From an uncultured Nitrospiraceae bacterium (GTDB lineage: Bacteria > Nitrospirota > Thermodesulfovibrionia > Thermodesulfovibrionales > SM23-35): DNA of 64,000 bases. The notes beneath the pieces are model-generated. The model was not told the DNA's origin and did no database searches. It was given only the letters and a program-made list of their open reading frames with translations. Positions 19,506 to 29,961 of this stretch are shown piece after piece. Position 1 is the stretch's first letter. Each line of letters begins with the position of its first letter. The DNA lies in assembly GCA_963727775.1 (NCBI GenBank), contig CAVSHB010000003.1, forward strand, positions 256,001 through 320,000, read 5' to 3'. The translations under genes were made by a program, and so were the position numbers.

Positions 19506-19596
19506 TCCATACATCACTGTTTTTAATTCCTATAATTTACATCTTGTCATCCTTATGGAAAACGATGAGACGGATAAGAAGATATTTATGTCTTTC

Positions 19597-19827
19597 TCAT
19601 TTGTCCTTCCTCTTTTTTGGGGAGGCGGCTGGTCGTATCAGCCTGCGCACAAGAAAAACGATACCCAGTGCTATCACGATCCAGGCAACTACTATAATTA
19701 TGGTTATCGCGGTCCCAGGGCTGGGACCTTCGTAAATATGTCCGGGACCTGTACCATGGGCATGAGCCGCTGAAGCCCGACACAGAACCTCCGCTACTGC
19801 CATACTAGCCAGTTTGCGCTTGATCAT
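19597..19827 (-). CDS. Small membrane protein
   Basis: Signal-like N-terminus, AHAHG, one TM helix, basic tail; SD GAGGGG. Confidence 0.55.
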   Translation of the reverse strand: MIKRKLASMAVAEVLCRASAAHAHGTGPGHIYEGPSPGTAITIIIVVAWIVIALGIVFLVRRLIRPAASPKKRKDK

Positions 19828-19919
19828 GCGTGTCCCCTCTTCATCTTATGTTCACCCCCCATAAATATTTTTGCTCCATTTCAATACCAGCCCAGTGCTT
19901 CCCAGCCCAAAGCCTTTAA

Positions 19920-21539
19920 CCCGAAAAATGCGTTTGCTATAGGCATACCTATAGAGTCAAGCCTATCAAGGCATTGGCTGATTTGTCGATATAAAAGCTA
20001 ATACTGATGCTGTTTCTTGTTCCACCTCCTGAAAATTATGTTCTTTTTATCTAAATGCAGTGCAATTACCAAAACTGGGGGGAAAGTATTGTCCCACGCG
20101 GTTAAAGAGGTAGCGCAGTTTTGATCGTACTTTCTGCGTAAAGACAGAAATCCGCAATACAGGTTTCCTTCCATCCCATCCTAATTGGGCTGGAAGGACA
20201 AGATACTTGTACCGTAAGGTTTTCAAACGTTCTGTCTTTTCTTTTTGACCGAGTATCTGATGCCTGAACAGGACAAACAGATTGTAGATGAATACCCGAA
20301 TAAGCATAGCCGCCTCCGTTGAGTAGAAATACTTCATCGAGAACCCGCCGAGTGCAAAATCCTCTTTCAGTTCCTTGATGGTATTCTCATCGTTCGCCCT
20401 ATGCCTGCATTGCTTCCATACCTCATATGTAGAATCATGTGAATTGGTTATCCATACGCTATAACGATAATGCCCTGTATCAAACTCATCTCCGAAAAGA
20501 GACAACTCTTTTCCCATCGCGTGCGGTCTCTTCTTGACATCCTGGCGCACTGCAATAAACCTCCTGTCGATTATCCACTCTACATGCTGGAAGAAGAACT
20601 CAGTGATCCATATCCCTTCTTCTACCTGTGCCCAGTTTTGTTGTGCGTAGATTATCCTCTGCAGCGGACGATATAGGCGAGCAGCTATGATATATACTAA
20701 TTCTCTCTTCTCAAGCAGTTCGATGAACTCCCTAAGATAAAATCCACTGTCTGCAATAATGCCCTTGATATCGATATGACCGTTGATCCTCTGCCATGTG
20801 GATTCAAAAAATCCAATAATGTTGTTCCATGACATCACGTTGCCGGGGCGGTTCCAAAGATTTATCACATACTTGTTTCTGTTAAGAAATGCCAGAAGCG
20901 GGCTGTGGCTACCACGGCCCTTCTTCTTCGGGTTATATCCCCTCTTGACTCCCTCCTGTTTTCCGTATCGCTCAAGGACTGTAGAATCGAACGTCAACCA
21001 GTCCTCTTTGAGCTCTTTCCAGGGGATCAATCTCTTCAAGTATCCCCATAATCCCTCCGACATCTCTTCCACTTCCTTCAGTTTTCTGATCTTCCTGAAA
21101 AGCCTGCCCAATGTCGTCGAGGCGATAGGAAGCCTCTTCACTGCAAAAAGATCGGTGAAAATCTCCTGCCAACCAAGATAAAGTAGATGAGAAAACCTGC
21201 TGCCTCCCGCATAGATCAGAAGGATGTATGCCAATACCTTGCTGTATATCCCCATTCCATTGGGTGAACTCTCATGGATCGGAATCACCTCTTGCAAAAT
21301 TCCTCTCAATTTGATCTTTTCAAAAAATGCAGCCAATAAACTGAATCCCCCATATGCCGTCATCTTCTTCTCCGTAAATCCAATCCTTACTTTATTTATT
21401 TCGATCTTTGTGCTACATTTTGACTGCATATTTCTATTCTCCTTTCGTTTAGAGTTGATGGTCGGGTAAACCTATTGATTCTAATACGAAAGGAGAATTT
21501 CTTCGGGGATATTATTTTAGGTCAACTGCACTTTTTGGG
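19920..21539 (-). mobile_element. IS1380-family IS, copy 1 (1620 bp)
   Basis: Ends CCCGAAAAATGC / GCACTTTTTGGG; TTAA target duplication. Confidence 0.92.
20047..21429 (-). CDS. IS1380-family transposase
   Basis: TFDSTV..YGKQEG..GYNPKKKG..HSPLLAF, ADSGFY, RANDENTIKELK. Confidence 0.9.
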   Translation of the reverse strand: MQSKCSTKIEINKVRIGFTEKKMTAYGGFSLLAAFFEKIKLRGILQEVIPIHESSPNGMGIYSKVLAYILLIYAGGSRFSHLLYLGWQEIFTDLFAVKRLPIASTTLGRLFRKIRKLKEVEEMSEGLWGYLKRLIPWKELKEDWLTFDSTVLERYGKQEGVKRGYNPKKKGRGSHSPLLAFLNRNKYVINLWNRPGNVMSWNNIIGFFESTWQRINGHIDIKGIIADSGFYLREFIELLEKRELVYIIAARLYRPLQRIIYAQQNWAQVEEGIWITEFFFQHVEWIIDRRFIAVRQDVKKRPHAMGKELSLFGDEFDTGHYRYSVWITNSHDSTYEVWKQCRHRANDENTIKELKEDFALGGFSMKYFYSTEAAMLIRVFIYNLFVLFRHQILGQKEKTERLKTLRYKYLVLPAQLGWDGRKPVLRISVFTQKVRSKLRYLFNRVGQYFPPSFGNCTAFR

Positions 21540-21684
21540 TTAAAGAAATCTCTTCAGTACAGTTTTGGGTCATCTATACCTTTTTACTACACCGCTATCG
21601 ATATCGTCTGACAAAGCTCTCCAACTGGCCGACCTCTGATTCCGATTACCAATCCATAGCATGATGTCTCCTGTTATTGAAGCG

Positions 21685-22623
21685 TCATTCAACCTGGATC
21701 ATATAGCTTGTGGTGATCACCTCGCCTCGGTATCCAACCTGACCAAAAATCTTGTACAGGCCTGCTGTCGGAAAAACGACATGAACTTCAATTTTAGGCC
21801 CGAACTTCTCTGGGACTGTCATCATCATCTGCATTTCATGTTCATGGTGCCCCATAGCCGGCGTACCGGGCAACTCACCATGAGTGTGAATGAACTGTGT
21901 GAGATCCGCCGATATTATCGCAAGATGCATTGGTGCAGAGAGCCAGGGTTCTAGGTCAGTGACAGGTTTTCCATTCTTTCTGAAGATGTAGCTAAGTGTC
22001 ACTTCTTTCCCTGACCTTATGCGCTCAGGCGTGGTGGCAAACTTAACATCAAGATCCCCAAATCTTTTTCCCCTGGAGAAATCTTGTTTTATACGCCCCA
22101 TCTTAGGTTCACCGACAACATCAATCAGAAAATGTTTCGAAAGCGGTTGATTCTTCACTGCAAAGTCGATTCCGACGATATAGCGTCCAGCTTTTGGAAA
22201 GGTAAACCGCACAGGGTATCGGGCGGTTTCCTTCATCTCGGGCGTTATCGGTCCGAAATCTTGAGGATGGATGTGAGCAAACACGCTGAAATCCTGACTC
22301 GCAATTATGACGTGTATAAGTCGATCGTGGATTATGGTGAGGTTCTTCACCGGCTTTCCTTCGCGATCTTTGAATGACAACATGATAGTTGTGGGCGTTC
22401 CCACAGTAATATGCCCCGGTTCCGTTTTAATGCTTGCAATAACCTCACTTTCACTTCCGCCATACAATTTTTGCATGCCCTCGAAATGATGGTCTTGCAT
22501 TCCACTCATCTCAGCAATAGCTTGGCCTCCGCACATGAGAAAGAGCCCGCTTAAAACTATTGTGACTGCCGTTACCAAAATCTTTTTTATTCCTTCCATA
22601 TGCACAGCCTCTTTTTCCCGCAT
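21685..22623 (-). CDS. Secreted His/Met-rich putative heavy-metal (copper) binding protein
   Basis: Signal peptide; duplicated H(V/L)xIxSxDxxxFxHxH motif; MGHHEHEMQMMM. Confidence 0.7.
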   Translation of the reverse strand: MREKEAVHMEGIKKILVTAVTIVLSGLFLMCGGQAIAEMSGMQDHHFEGMQKLYGGSESEVIASIKTEPGHITVGTPTTIMLSFKDREGKPVKNLTIIHDRLIHVIIASQDFSVFAHIHPQDFGPITPEMKETARYPVRFTFPKAGRYIVGIDFAVKNQPLSKHFLIDVVGEPKMGRIKQDFSRGKRFGDLDVKFATTPERIRSGKEVTLSYIFRKNGKPVTDLEPWLSAPMHLAIISADLTQFIHTHGELPGTPAMGHHEHEMQMMMTVPEKFGPKIEVHVVFPTAGLYKIFGQVGYRGEVITTSYMIQVE

Positions 22624-22670
22624 CTGTTGCCTCCTCCTATGCTTAGTTTAATAATTCTCATCTGCCATAT

Positions 22671-22687
22671 AGCAAAAGCTATGCCGA
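22671..22687 (-). promoter_or_regulatory. Sigma54 (-24/-12) promoter
   Basis: TCGGCATAGCTTTTGCT, GG-N10-GC, about 50 nt upstream of ATG 22623. Confidence 0.6.
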
Positions 22688-23230
22688 TTTTAATCACATT
22701 GATTTTATTATATTTATGCAATACAGGGGTCAATACTACGGGCAATTTGTCATGCGTAAAGGTTTTTTGCCAAGAGAAGATAATAATCGATAAATATGGG
22801 GAGACCTTATTTTCTTTGAACAGTTAGAATACTACTCCTTACCCGGTCCTGGCTGACCTGTGCGAAGCTTTCAATAAGTGCCTTAGCCCCTTAGAGGGTG
22901 TGCTTTGATAGGTAGTCAGGGCTCTGAAGTTTTCCTCTCGTTTAGCCTATATTTATATTCTCGAAAGTCTGTAGGTCGTAAAACTGTCTGGACAACGGAA
23001 TATCTAAAATAGCCATAAAATAACTAGTGGGCATAATTTAACGACTCGGCGGCAGTGCGGTTTGTTAAGCCGGGGACAAGAAACGTCCCCGTCAAGCCAT
23101 CTAAGAATGTAACTATGCATAGCATTTATTGGCAGAAGCTGTAATAATAAATAACTCGGTATTTCCATAATAAGCCTGACTGGATGATCCAGTCAGCAAG
23201 CGAAATCGAGCGAAGGTCAGGGACTCAAAC

Positions 23231-25179
23231 AGGAGTTTAAGGGGTAACTGCATTTGAACTCTCCAACCGCTGGAAATTACTAGCTTTTTCCGACGACTTA
23301 CTGTAAGACCCTACATTATTGTATAACAAACCCATTATTTGTGCGTTTTAAATGCATTTTATGCTTGACATGTAAGACCCTACCATGGTAGTATTTGACA
23401 TGGCACATTTCCATATCAAGACGAAAAAGGGAAGACCCTACCTCTATGTGCGCGAGATTGCCCGCGTTGGAGGGAAGCCTAAGGTAGTCTCCCAAATATA
23501 CATCGGCTCTCCTGAACGGGTGGCTGGTCTCGTGGCAGGCTCTGCAGAGGCGGCAGTCAGGCTCAAAGTGGAAGAGTTCGGAGCATTGTGGCTGGCCCAT
23601 CAAGTTAGCCAAGATGTTGACCTTGTGGGCATTGTAGACAAGGAGATCCAGAGGGGTACTCAGGAGGAAGGTCCGTCCGTAGGAGAGTATTTTTTGTACT
23701 GCATATGGAATCGGATGTGCGAGAGCACCAGCAAGAACAAGCTTGCCCAATGGTATGGGCGAACGGCTGTCCAGCAGATTCGTCCTGTTGATATTGATGA
23801 GTTCACCAGTCAACGCTACTGGGAAAAGTGGGACAGGGTATCGGAAGCTGCACTCAAGACAATTGCCCGGCGATTCTTTGAGAGCATCTGGGAGCTTGAA
23901 TCCCCTAATGCCGACTGTCTGCTGTTCGATACCACGAACTACTACACCTTTATGGCGAGTGATACGCCCTCTGAGCTTGCTCGCCGGGGGAAGAACAAGG
24001 AAGGACGACATAATCTCCGGCAGATCGGATTAGGGCTTCTGGTATCGCGCGATAGCCGGCTGCCGTTGTACTATTGCGCCTATCCGGGCAATCTCCATGA
24101 CAGTCGTCAGTTTGAGGCGGTCATGGATGAGATGTTCGGAGTCGTATGCGGACTGAACAAGACGAAACAAAAACTTACCGTCGTGATAGACAAAGGGATG
24201 AACTCCGAGGGCAATTTCGCTTGGATAGACGAGCACTCCCGCATACATTTTGTGACGACGTATTCAACCTACTTCGCCGAGGAACTGGCCATGACGTCTT
24301 TGGATGTCTTTGAGCCGGCGGACACGGAGAAGAATCGGCTACTGCTACAGAAGGGGAAGAAGGAGGACCGCATGCTCGTGTACCGAACAAAGGGCGAATA
24401 CTGGGGCAAGCAACGGGCGGTAGTGGTAACGTATAATCCGATAACGGCAAGAAAGCAAACCTACACGCTTGACAGTAAACTGGATGCGATCCGACAGGAA
24501 CTCCTTGCCATGAGGTCAAAGGTTCGTAATAAAGAACCTCATTGGCGCAAACAGGAAGCGATCCGAGAAAGATATCTGCGTCTCTGTGAGCGTTTTCACG
24601 TGCCGAGCGATTTCTACGCCCTGGAGTTCTCTCAGACGGCAGAAGGTTTGGGTATGAGTTTCCGGAGAGATGGGACGGCCATCGAGCGAAAGCGCATAAT
24701 GCTCGGCAAGAACATCATTATCACCGACAACGTGGATTGGACCACAACGGCTATAGTAAAAGCCAGCCTCGACCGATGGCAAGTGGAGAGCCGCTTCCGG
24801 CTTAGCAAAGAAGACGATCTGGTTGCCATGCGGCCCATAAGACACTGGACCGACAGCAAGATACGCTGTCACCTGTTCAGTTGTGTTGTCGCTATGACAT
24901 ATTTGCGGCGGATTGAGTTGAAACTTAATGCCACAGGTATTCATCGCACAGCGGAAGACGTCATGGAGGACATGCGGAATCTACATTCTGTACTGCTTTT
25001 AAAGGAAGGCGGAAGAAAGGCTGGCCGCCAGATAGAGATACCGACGAAGACCCAAGCCGAAGTCCTATCGGCTTTTGGTTTCTCAGTAAATGCCAGTGGG
25101 GTCTTACACCCCAAAACCAGCTAAAGCCTTGTCATTGTTAGATCTGTGAGACTTTTTAGAGGTTACCCCTTAAACTCCT
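23231..25179 (+). mobile_element. IS1634-family IS
   Basis: 18-bp perfect IR AGGAGTTTAAGGGGTAAC; AAAC on both flanks. Confidence 0.85.
23400..25124 (+). CDS. IS1634-family transposase (probable start ATG 23400)
   Basis: LLFDTTNYYTF, RGKNKEGRHNLRQIGL, VIDKGMNS, VESRFR..K, RPIRHWTD. Confidence 0.88.
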   Translation: MAHFHIKTKKGRPYLYVREIARVGGKPKVVSQIYIGSPERVAGLVAGSAEAAVRLKVEEFGALWLAHQVSQDVDLVGIVDKEIQRGTQEEGPSVGEYFLYCIWNRMCESTSKNKLAQWYGRTAVQQIRPVDIDEFTSQRYWEKWDRVSEAALKTIARRFFESIWELESPNADCLLFDTTNYYTFMASDTPSELARRGKNKEGRHNLRQIGLGLLVSRDSRLPLYYCAYPGNLHDSRQFEAVMDEMFGVVCGLNKTKQKLTVVIDKGMNSEGNFAWIDEHSRIHFVTTYSTYFAEELAMTSLDVFEPADTEKNRLLLQKGKKEDRMLVYRTKGEYWGKQRAVVVTYNPITARKQTYTLDSKLDAIRQELLAMRSKVRNKEPHWRKQEAIRERYLRLCERFHVPSDFYALEFSQTAEGLGMSFRRDGTAIERKRIMLGKNIIITDNVDWTTTAIVKASLDRWQVESRFRLSKEDDLVAMRPIRHWTDSKIRCHLFSCVVAMTYLRRIELKLNATGIHRTAEDVMEDMRNLHSVLLLKEGGRKAGRQIEIPTKTQAEVLSAFGFSVNASGVLHPKTS

Positions 25180-25401
25180 AAACCCCCGGCCTTTTTATTT
25201 GCCCGCAACCCAGGTTCCCAGAGGCTAAGCCTCTGTTCACTTTTCAGGTTTCCTCTCTCCTCCTTCCCGCCCCTCTCGTCTGCACGCGCCGGATCTGAAA
25301 AGTTGGGTAGGTCGGGGGTTAAATTGATACCATATAATTCGCCAGCTGAAAATGCCAAAGGATATGTCGTGAGATACTCATGTTCATTTAACTGTTCACT
25401 T

Positions 25402-26637
25402 TCATTTTTCTAGCAGGCCCAGCTTACCCCCCAGCCATTTCGTTGTAGTGGCCTGAATGAAGATAGTCATCAGTATGGCGATGAAGGTAACGGCGGCAAT
25501 CGTTTGGGCTCCCGGCACTTTCTTCCCAAGCAGCAGTCCGGCAAGCGCTGCAGGGATCACACCGGTCTCTCTTGTCCAGCACATAAAAAGCATCTCGTTA
25601 AAGCTCCATCGGGCACGCCTATCGGGTAGGGAGCATAAAAAGACGGTAGTCGGCCTCGCAACGAGCATAAACAATGTAATTATGATGATTCCACCAAACA
25701 GGAATTTACTTATTAGGCCGAAATCGACCTGTGATCCCAAAAGAATGAATATGAACATCCTCATGATCATCGCTGTTCTGGCAACATATTCTTCCAGTTT
25801 TTCCTTCTCTTTCCGTTCCACCTGAAAGCCGAAGGCCCTCTTGTTGCCGATCATAATACCGAACACAAAGACCGCCGTGAATCCGCTAGCCTGCAAGTCT
25901 TCTGCACCCAGATAGGTTCCGGCGACAGCCATTAGGGTCACGACAGGAGCGTATTTAGCCAGAAAGTCGTACTTCTCATGGGCAATAAGTAGCAAGCTGA
26001 GATACCCCATTGCCAGCCCTATAATAATGCCTACAACAGACTGTTTTAAAAGATCTGTCAGAGATGTAGTCAGGGAAAAGTCCGCGGAGCCCATAGCAAT
26101 GGACAAGACCGCAAGCGTAATGACGGAGCCCGTTGCATCGTTAAACGCAGATTCGCTAATCAGTGTCTGGGAAACCCTCTCTTTTATTCTGACTCGTCGG
26201 AAAATAGGTATTATCGTCGCAGGGTCGGTAGGAGCAATGGCCGCACCAAGCAGCATCGACGTTATCAGGGGGAGGCCGAGGATATAATGCGAAGCGAGGC
26301 CCGTGAGTGACGCCATGATGAGGACTCCGAAGGTGGAAAGGGCCGCCAGTGTGATCCAGATTTTTTTCAGGACCTGTAACTTGACCGAAGCTCCGCCGTC
26401 AAAGAGGATGTAGCAGGCGCCGAAGATGAGTATGATTTGGTTCAGTGTAGCTTCAGCAGGAATACGCAACAACCCTGTCACTTCGGGTCCGAGAATTATG
26501 CCGGCTACCAGGTATATCGCCACGTCTGGAATGTTGATCTTTTGCGACAGGAATCCGGAAATAGTCCCGGCGGCGAGAATGACGGCAAACGAAAACAGCA
26601 CCTGTTTAGCTATCTCAAAGCTGATTACAGATTCCAC
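25402..26637 (-). CDS. CPA1 cation:proton antiporter (NhaP-like)
   Basis: ILFDGG, APTDPA, SESAFNDATG, RETGVIPAALA. Confidence 0.9.
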   Translation of the reverse strand: MESVISFEIAKQVLFSFAVILAAGTISGFLSQKINIPDVAIYLVAGIILGPEVTGLLRIPAEATLNQIILIFGACYILFDGGASVKLQVLKKIWITLAALSTFGVLIMASLTGLASHYILGLPLITSMLLGAAIAPTDPATIIPIFRRVRIKERVSQTLISESAFNDATGSVITLAVLSIAMGSADFSLTTSLTDLLKQSVVGIIIGLAMGYLSLLLIAHEKYDFLAKYAPVVTLMAVAGTYLGAEDLQASGFTAVFVFGIMIGNKRAFGFQVERKEKEKLEEYVARTAMIMRMFIFILLGSQVDFGLISKFLFGGIIIITLFMLVARPTTVFLCSLPDRRARWSFNEMLFMCWTRETGVIPAALAGLLLGKKVPGAQTIAAVTFIAILMTIFIQATTTKWLGGKLGLLEK

Positions 26638-26959
26638 GCACCTTCTCCCAAAAGTTTTATCAATTATAAAGAAAATCCCTCGCCTTTTGGCGGCGGCAGG
26701 TCTTTTGTTTTATGTACCTGTCTTCGGCCCCTGAGGGGATACTTTCAGCCTTCCAGATGTTTTTCCTGTCTAATGCCAGATGCACAGTTCGACATATACT
26801 CTTCAAAACCGCACCGGTAAAGGCGTGACGGCTTGAAACGGAAATAGTTATGAAAAATCTGAACTGCCTCAAACCCGAGTCGGTATCCACACTCACGGAA
26901 TCAAGTGGTGATGTATAACTCGAAACGTCTGTCTATAGCTCTCGAAAGTAAATAAACTC

Positions 26960-27095
26960 GCGCCGCACCATGCGCGTCGCTCGTTACGACACCACAGGGC
27001 GTTTACCCTGTGGGTCGGCAAGGGTCTTCGCTTCGCTCCGACGCCCTGCACCCCGACGACGCAAGGTTCCCGTGGCAGAGACCACGGGGTGTTTT
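26960..27095. repeat. GC-rich hairpin cluster resembling IS200/IS605 ends or a REP/MITE
   Basis: CCACAGGG-CGTTTA-CCCTGTGG and CCCGTGG-CAGAGA-CCACGGG hairpins in AT-rich context. Confidence 0.45.
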
Positions 27096-27264
27096 AATAA
27101 TCAATTGAATAATGAAAGATTGACATTATTTGCCTCTGTTCTCTTTGCGGTATTATTTAAGTAGAATTGTTGTTGACAGATTATTACCAAAACAAAATCA
27201 ATAGAGACTAAGTAGAAATGTTTTATCTCGATTTGTTATGTTCTTCCTGATACCTTTGAATCTC

Positions 27265-27444
27265 TCACCTGGCACGTCGCTTCTTCAAGATGTCGAGACC
27301 GCCTCTATGTTTCCCATGCTTTCTGACAATCCGCATCCGCACGATCAGCAAAATAACGCCGCTAACAATAAGTATACATAAAAGGAGGATGAGGAACAGC
27401 CATATCCCTCCTCCATATGGCTCATACATCATTATCGTTTCCAT
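27265..27444 (-). pseudogene. SHOCT-domain membrane protein with premature TGA
   Basis: SD GAGGAGG; TM helix, then LDILKKRRAR*EI (cf. LDILKERYARGEI). Confidence 0.6.
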
Positions 27445-27644
27445 AAGGGGATTACCTCCTCACTTCAGCATCCTCAAGACTGCACTTCAGCCCACAAATG
27501 TTCGAAACGTAATTTGATTATATCATCCCCACAATGCTCTAACAATACCATGTGTACGCAAAGAGAGTAGGGTTCTATCAATAGATGGGATGCTCCGAAA
27601 AGCGGAGTAGTTCGTAGTGTCCATCAAATCAGGGCCGATTTACA

Positions 27645-27727
27645 GACATTTGCCTTAATGTCGAAAAATCGTTTAAAATCAATTGTGGGAGTGCATAGGG
27701 TTCTGGTGTCCCTCCCGGACTTCAAAT
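27645..27727 (+). repeat. Left att site: 83-bp direct repeat (tRNA-Sec promoter + 5' half)
   Basis: Identical to 34612..34694. Confidence 0.92.
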
Positions 27728-28024
27728 TTTTTTAACATCATTTTTAGCAATGTGGCTTCTGGTCTGGATTTCAAAGTAATTTATTGTTTTTAAATAACAA
27801 TTTTGCATTCCATAAGTTCCAGCATTTTCAATATATTATGTAAAATTAGGATACCTTCTGCTACAATTATGCTACAGTAAAAAATAAATACTCCTTCCTC
27901 CTACTGTTGATTTTGAGATTCTGCTGACTTACGCGATATTACATCTCGGAATAAATATGTTTTCAGAGAGAAGCGCTCGGCGTTTTATTGCATTTCACAA
28001 AGAAAGAAATATATACTTTGAAGC

Positions 28025-28402
28025 ATGATGGTTATTATTGTATATGGATTTAGCTTCATAATTATCTTGTTTTCTGGCTTATTAAGTTCTGCGCTTTCTC
28101 TGGTTTTTCTATCTAACATATCTAAACACTTCGTCACTAATCGAGGAATGTTGTCCAGAACGATCTTTCTTACTCAAGGATGCGTAGAGGGTGTCGTGCT
28201 TGCCTGTATCATATTTCTCATATTTCACGGATTCAGTGTACCACTAACGCTAATTACCTTAGCCATTCTGGTAGTTCCCTACATTCTTGAACAATTCACA
28301 CGATTTCAATTAAGTTCTTTCGCTCCTTATCGCGATATTCCTCATGCCGTGGGAAGGATATCCGGCATAGTGATTTCGATAATATATTTCGTAATCGGAT
28401 GA
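28025..28402 (+). CDS. Hypothetical multi-pass membrane protein (cargo)
   Basis: 125-aa ORF with about four hydrophobic segments. Confidence 0.55.
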   Translation: MMVIIVYGFSFIIILFSGLLSSALSLVFLSNISKHFVTNRGMLSRTIFLTQGCVEGVVLACIIFLIFHGFSVPLTLITLAILVVPYILEQFTRFQLSSFAPYRDIPHAVGRISGIVISIIYFVIG

Positions 28403-28436
28403 AAACAAGCAGGAATGTGACGCCGTGTAGCGGGAG

Positions 28437-29183
28437 GTGAATTTGGATACTTGGCTGACGGTTCTGATTTCATTCTTAACCTCGGCAGGTTTGACGTCTG
28501 GAATCATGAAGCTAATCAGCTCCCGGATTGAGCATAAGTACCAGAAAGCCATTGAAGCCTTCAAGCACGAACTTAATGCGATTAACGAGCAACAAAAATT
28601 CAACTATCAGAGATGGATCACGGATTTTGGCATATTCACGCAAAAGAAACACGAAGCATACGCGGAGCTTTACAGACTCGTCCTAATAGCTGACGGGAGC
28701 CTTGAAGGGCTTTTGGGGTTCCGGCAAGTACCCTCATATGACGAGTATACACGCGAGGACATGAAGAAGCATCTCCTTGGTCAGCATATTGTCGAAGGCT
28801 TCATACCTCAACTTCTGGAAGACTGGGAAACATCTCGCGATGAGTGCATCAGAAAGATCCGCGATTATCTATCCGAGATTGAGTTCCAAAAGGCGGATAA
28901 GGCGAGAACCGATGCGAACAACTACTATTTACTCAACAGTGTCTATCTCTCGGACGCTGTAGAGAGCATCACTGCTGAAATCTTAAAACTCCTCGCCATA
29001 CAACACGTGATCGATCATCAAAGCCGTATAGACCATTACTCAGACGAAACACTTCGAGAGGAACGAAAGCAGATCAAAGAAAAGAAACCTGTTCTAATCA
29101 GGGAACTTAAGACGGCAATTAGGAAAGAAATGTCTGTAGGCTATTACAGCGAGAACTCAGAAATTGCGCCTCCAGTCCCTTGA
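28437..29183 (+). CDS. Hypothetical protein, N-terminal TM plus helical domain (cargo)
   Basis: 248-aa ORF, GTG start near GGGAG. Confidence 0.7.
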   Translation: MNLDTWLTVLISFLTSAGLTSGIMKLISSRIEHKYQKAIEAFKHELNAINEQQKFNYQRWITDFGIFTQKKHEAYAELYRLVLIADGSLEGLLGFRQVPSYDEYTREDMKKHLLGQHIVEGFIPQLLEDWETSRDECIRKIRDYLSEIEFQKADKARTDANNYYLLNSVYLSDAVESITAEILKLLAIQHVIDHQSRIDHYSDETLREERKQIKEKKPVLIRELKTAIRKEMSVGYYSENSEIAPPVP

Positions 29184-29961
29184 CCGAACAAGTCGCAGCC
29201 ATCCTCTTAAAATCGGCGGCTGAGCTCCGCGGTACAATATTCTTTTGATATTTCTCAGACTTTTGATAATCACAAAACTGTTTGTTCGTAGGTGGACTCC
29301 GCAAACCGTCCACTTCGCTGATAATCTCAGATTTGATATAATTTTGCATGATATCTAATACTCCTTCTTGGAAAGAAAAAGTTGATCCTGCCTTTGATAA
29401 ATTCATAAAATTCTACTTAGAATTTCTCACAATTAGTCAGCTCCCCGGAAATAAAGGCTATCTCGCGTTATACGATAGGAATCTGAGGACGTTGGAAATT
29501 GAAGGCTTCCCGAGTCTTGCATCAGTTTACGAACATGATAACGCTAGGGAAGCGTTTGTTGATTTAAGTATCATTATGGATGAACCACTGACAGAGGAAC
29601 AATTAAGGGAAATAAAGAAAGAAGTCAAGAAGGTAAAAAATATATTTTCACTAATGATAGAGCTTGCAGAAATTATGCAGGAAGAAAGTAAAAAGTACTA
29701 TTTGAAGGCATTTGAAATTTTCTCTTCGGAAGAGACCTACAATAAATATACATCCGGAAGAGAAGAAACCGAAGTTAAAGAGAGAATAAAAAAAGCAGCG
29801 GGTGATGCAATCTCATTCTGGTTTAATTGGTTGGTTATTCCCTCAGAAAATATAAAAGAAGAAATCAGGAAGAGCGTCCAGCTAAGAAATTTTAAATATA
29901 GTACGAGAATGATCAAGCGAAATCTTTTCTATACGTGGGACGCAATTTCTATTATGGTTAA

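Noticed and set aside
23316..24011. Long antisense or overlapping ORFs (this one, 56127..56765 and many shorter)
   Set aside because: They are shadows of well-supported genes on the other strand, with no motifs or ribosome-binding sites
27265..27267. In-frame TGA in the SHOCT gene near tRNA-Sec as selenocysteine
   Set aside because: It replaces a conserved Gly (ARGEI), not Cys, and no SECIS-like hairpin is evident
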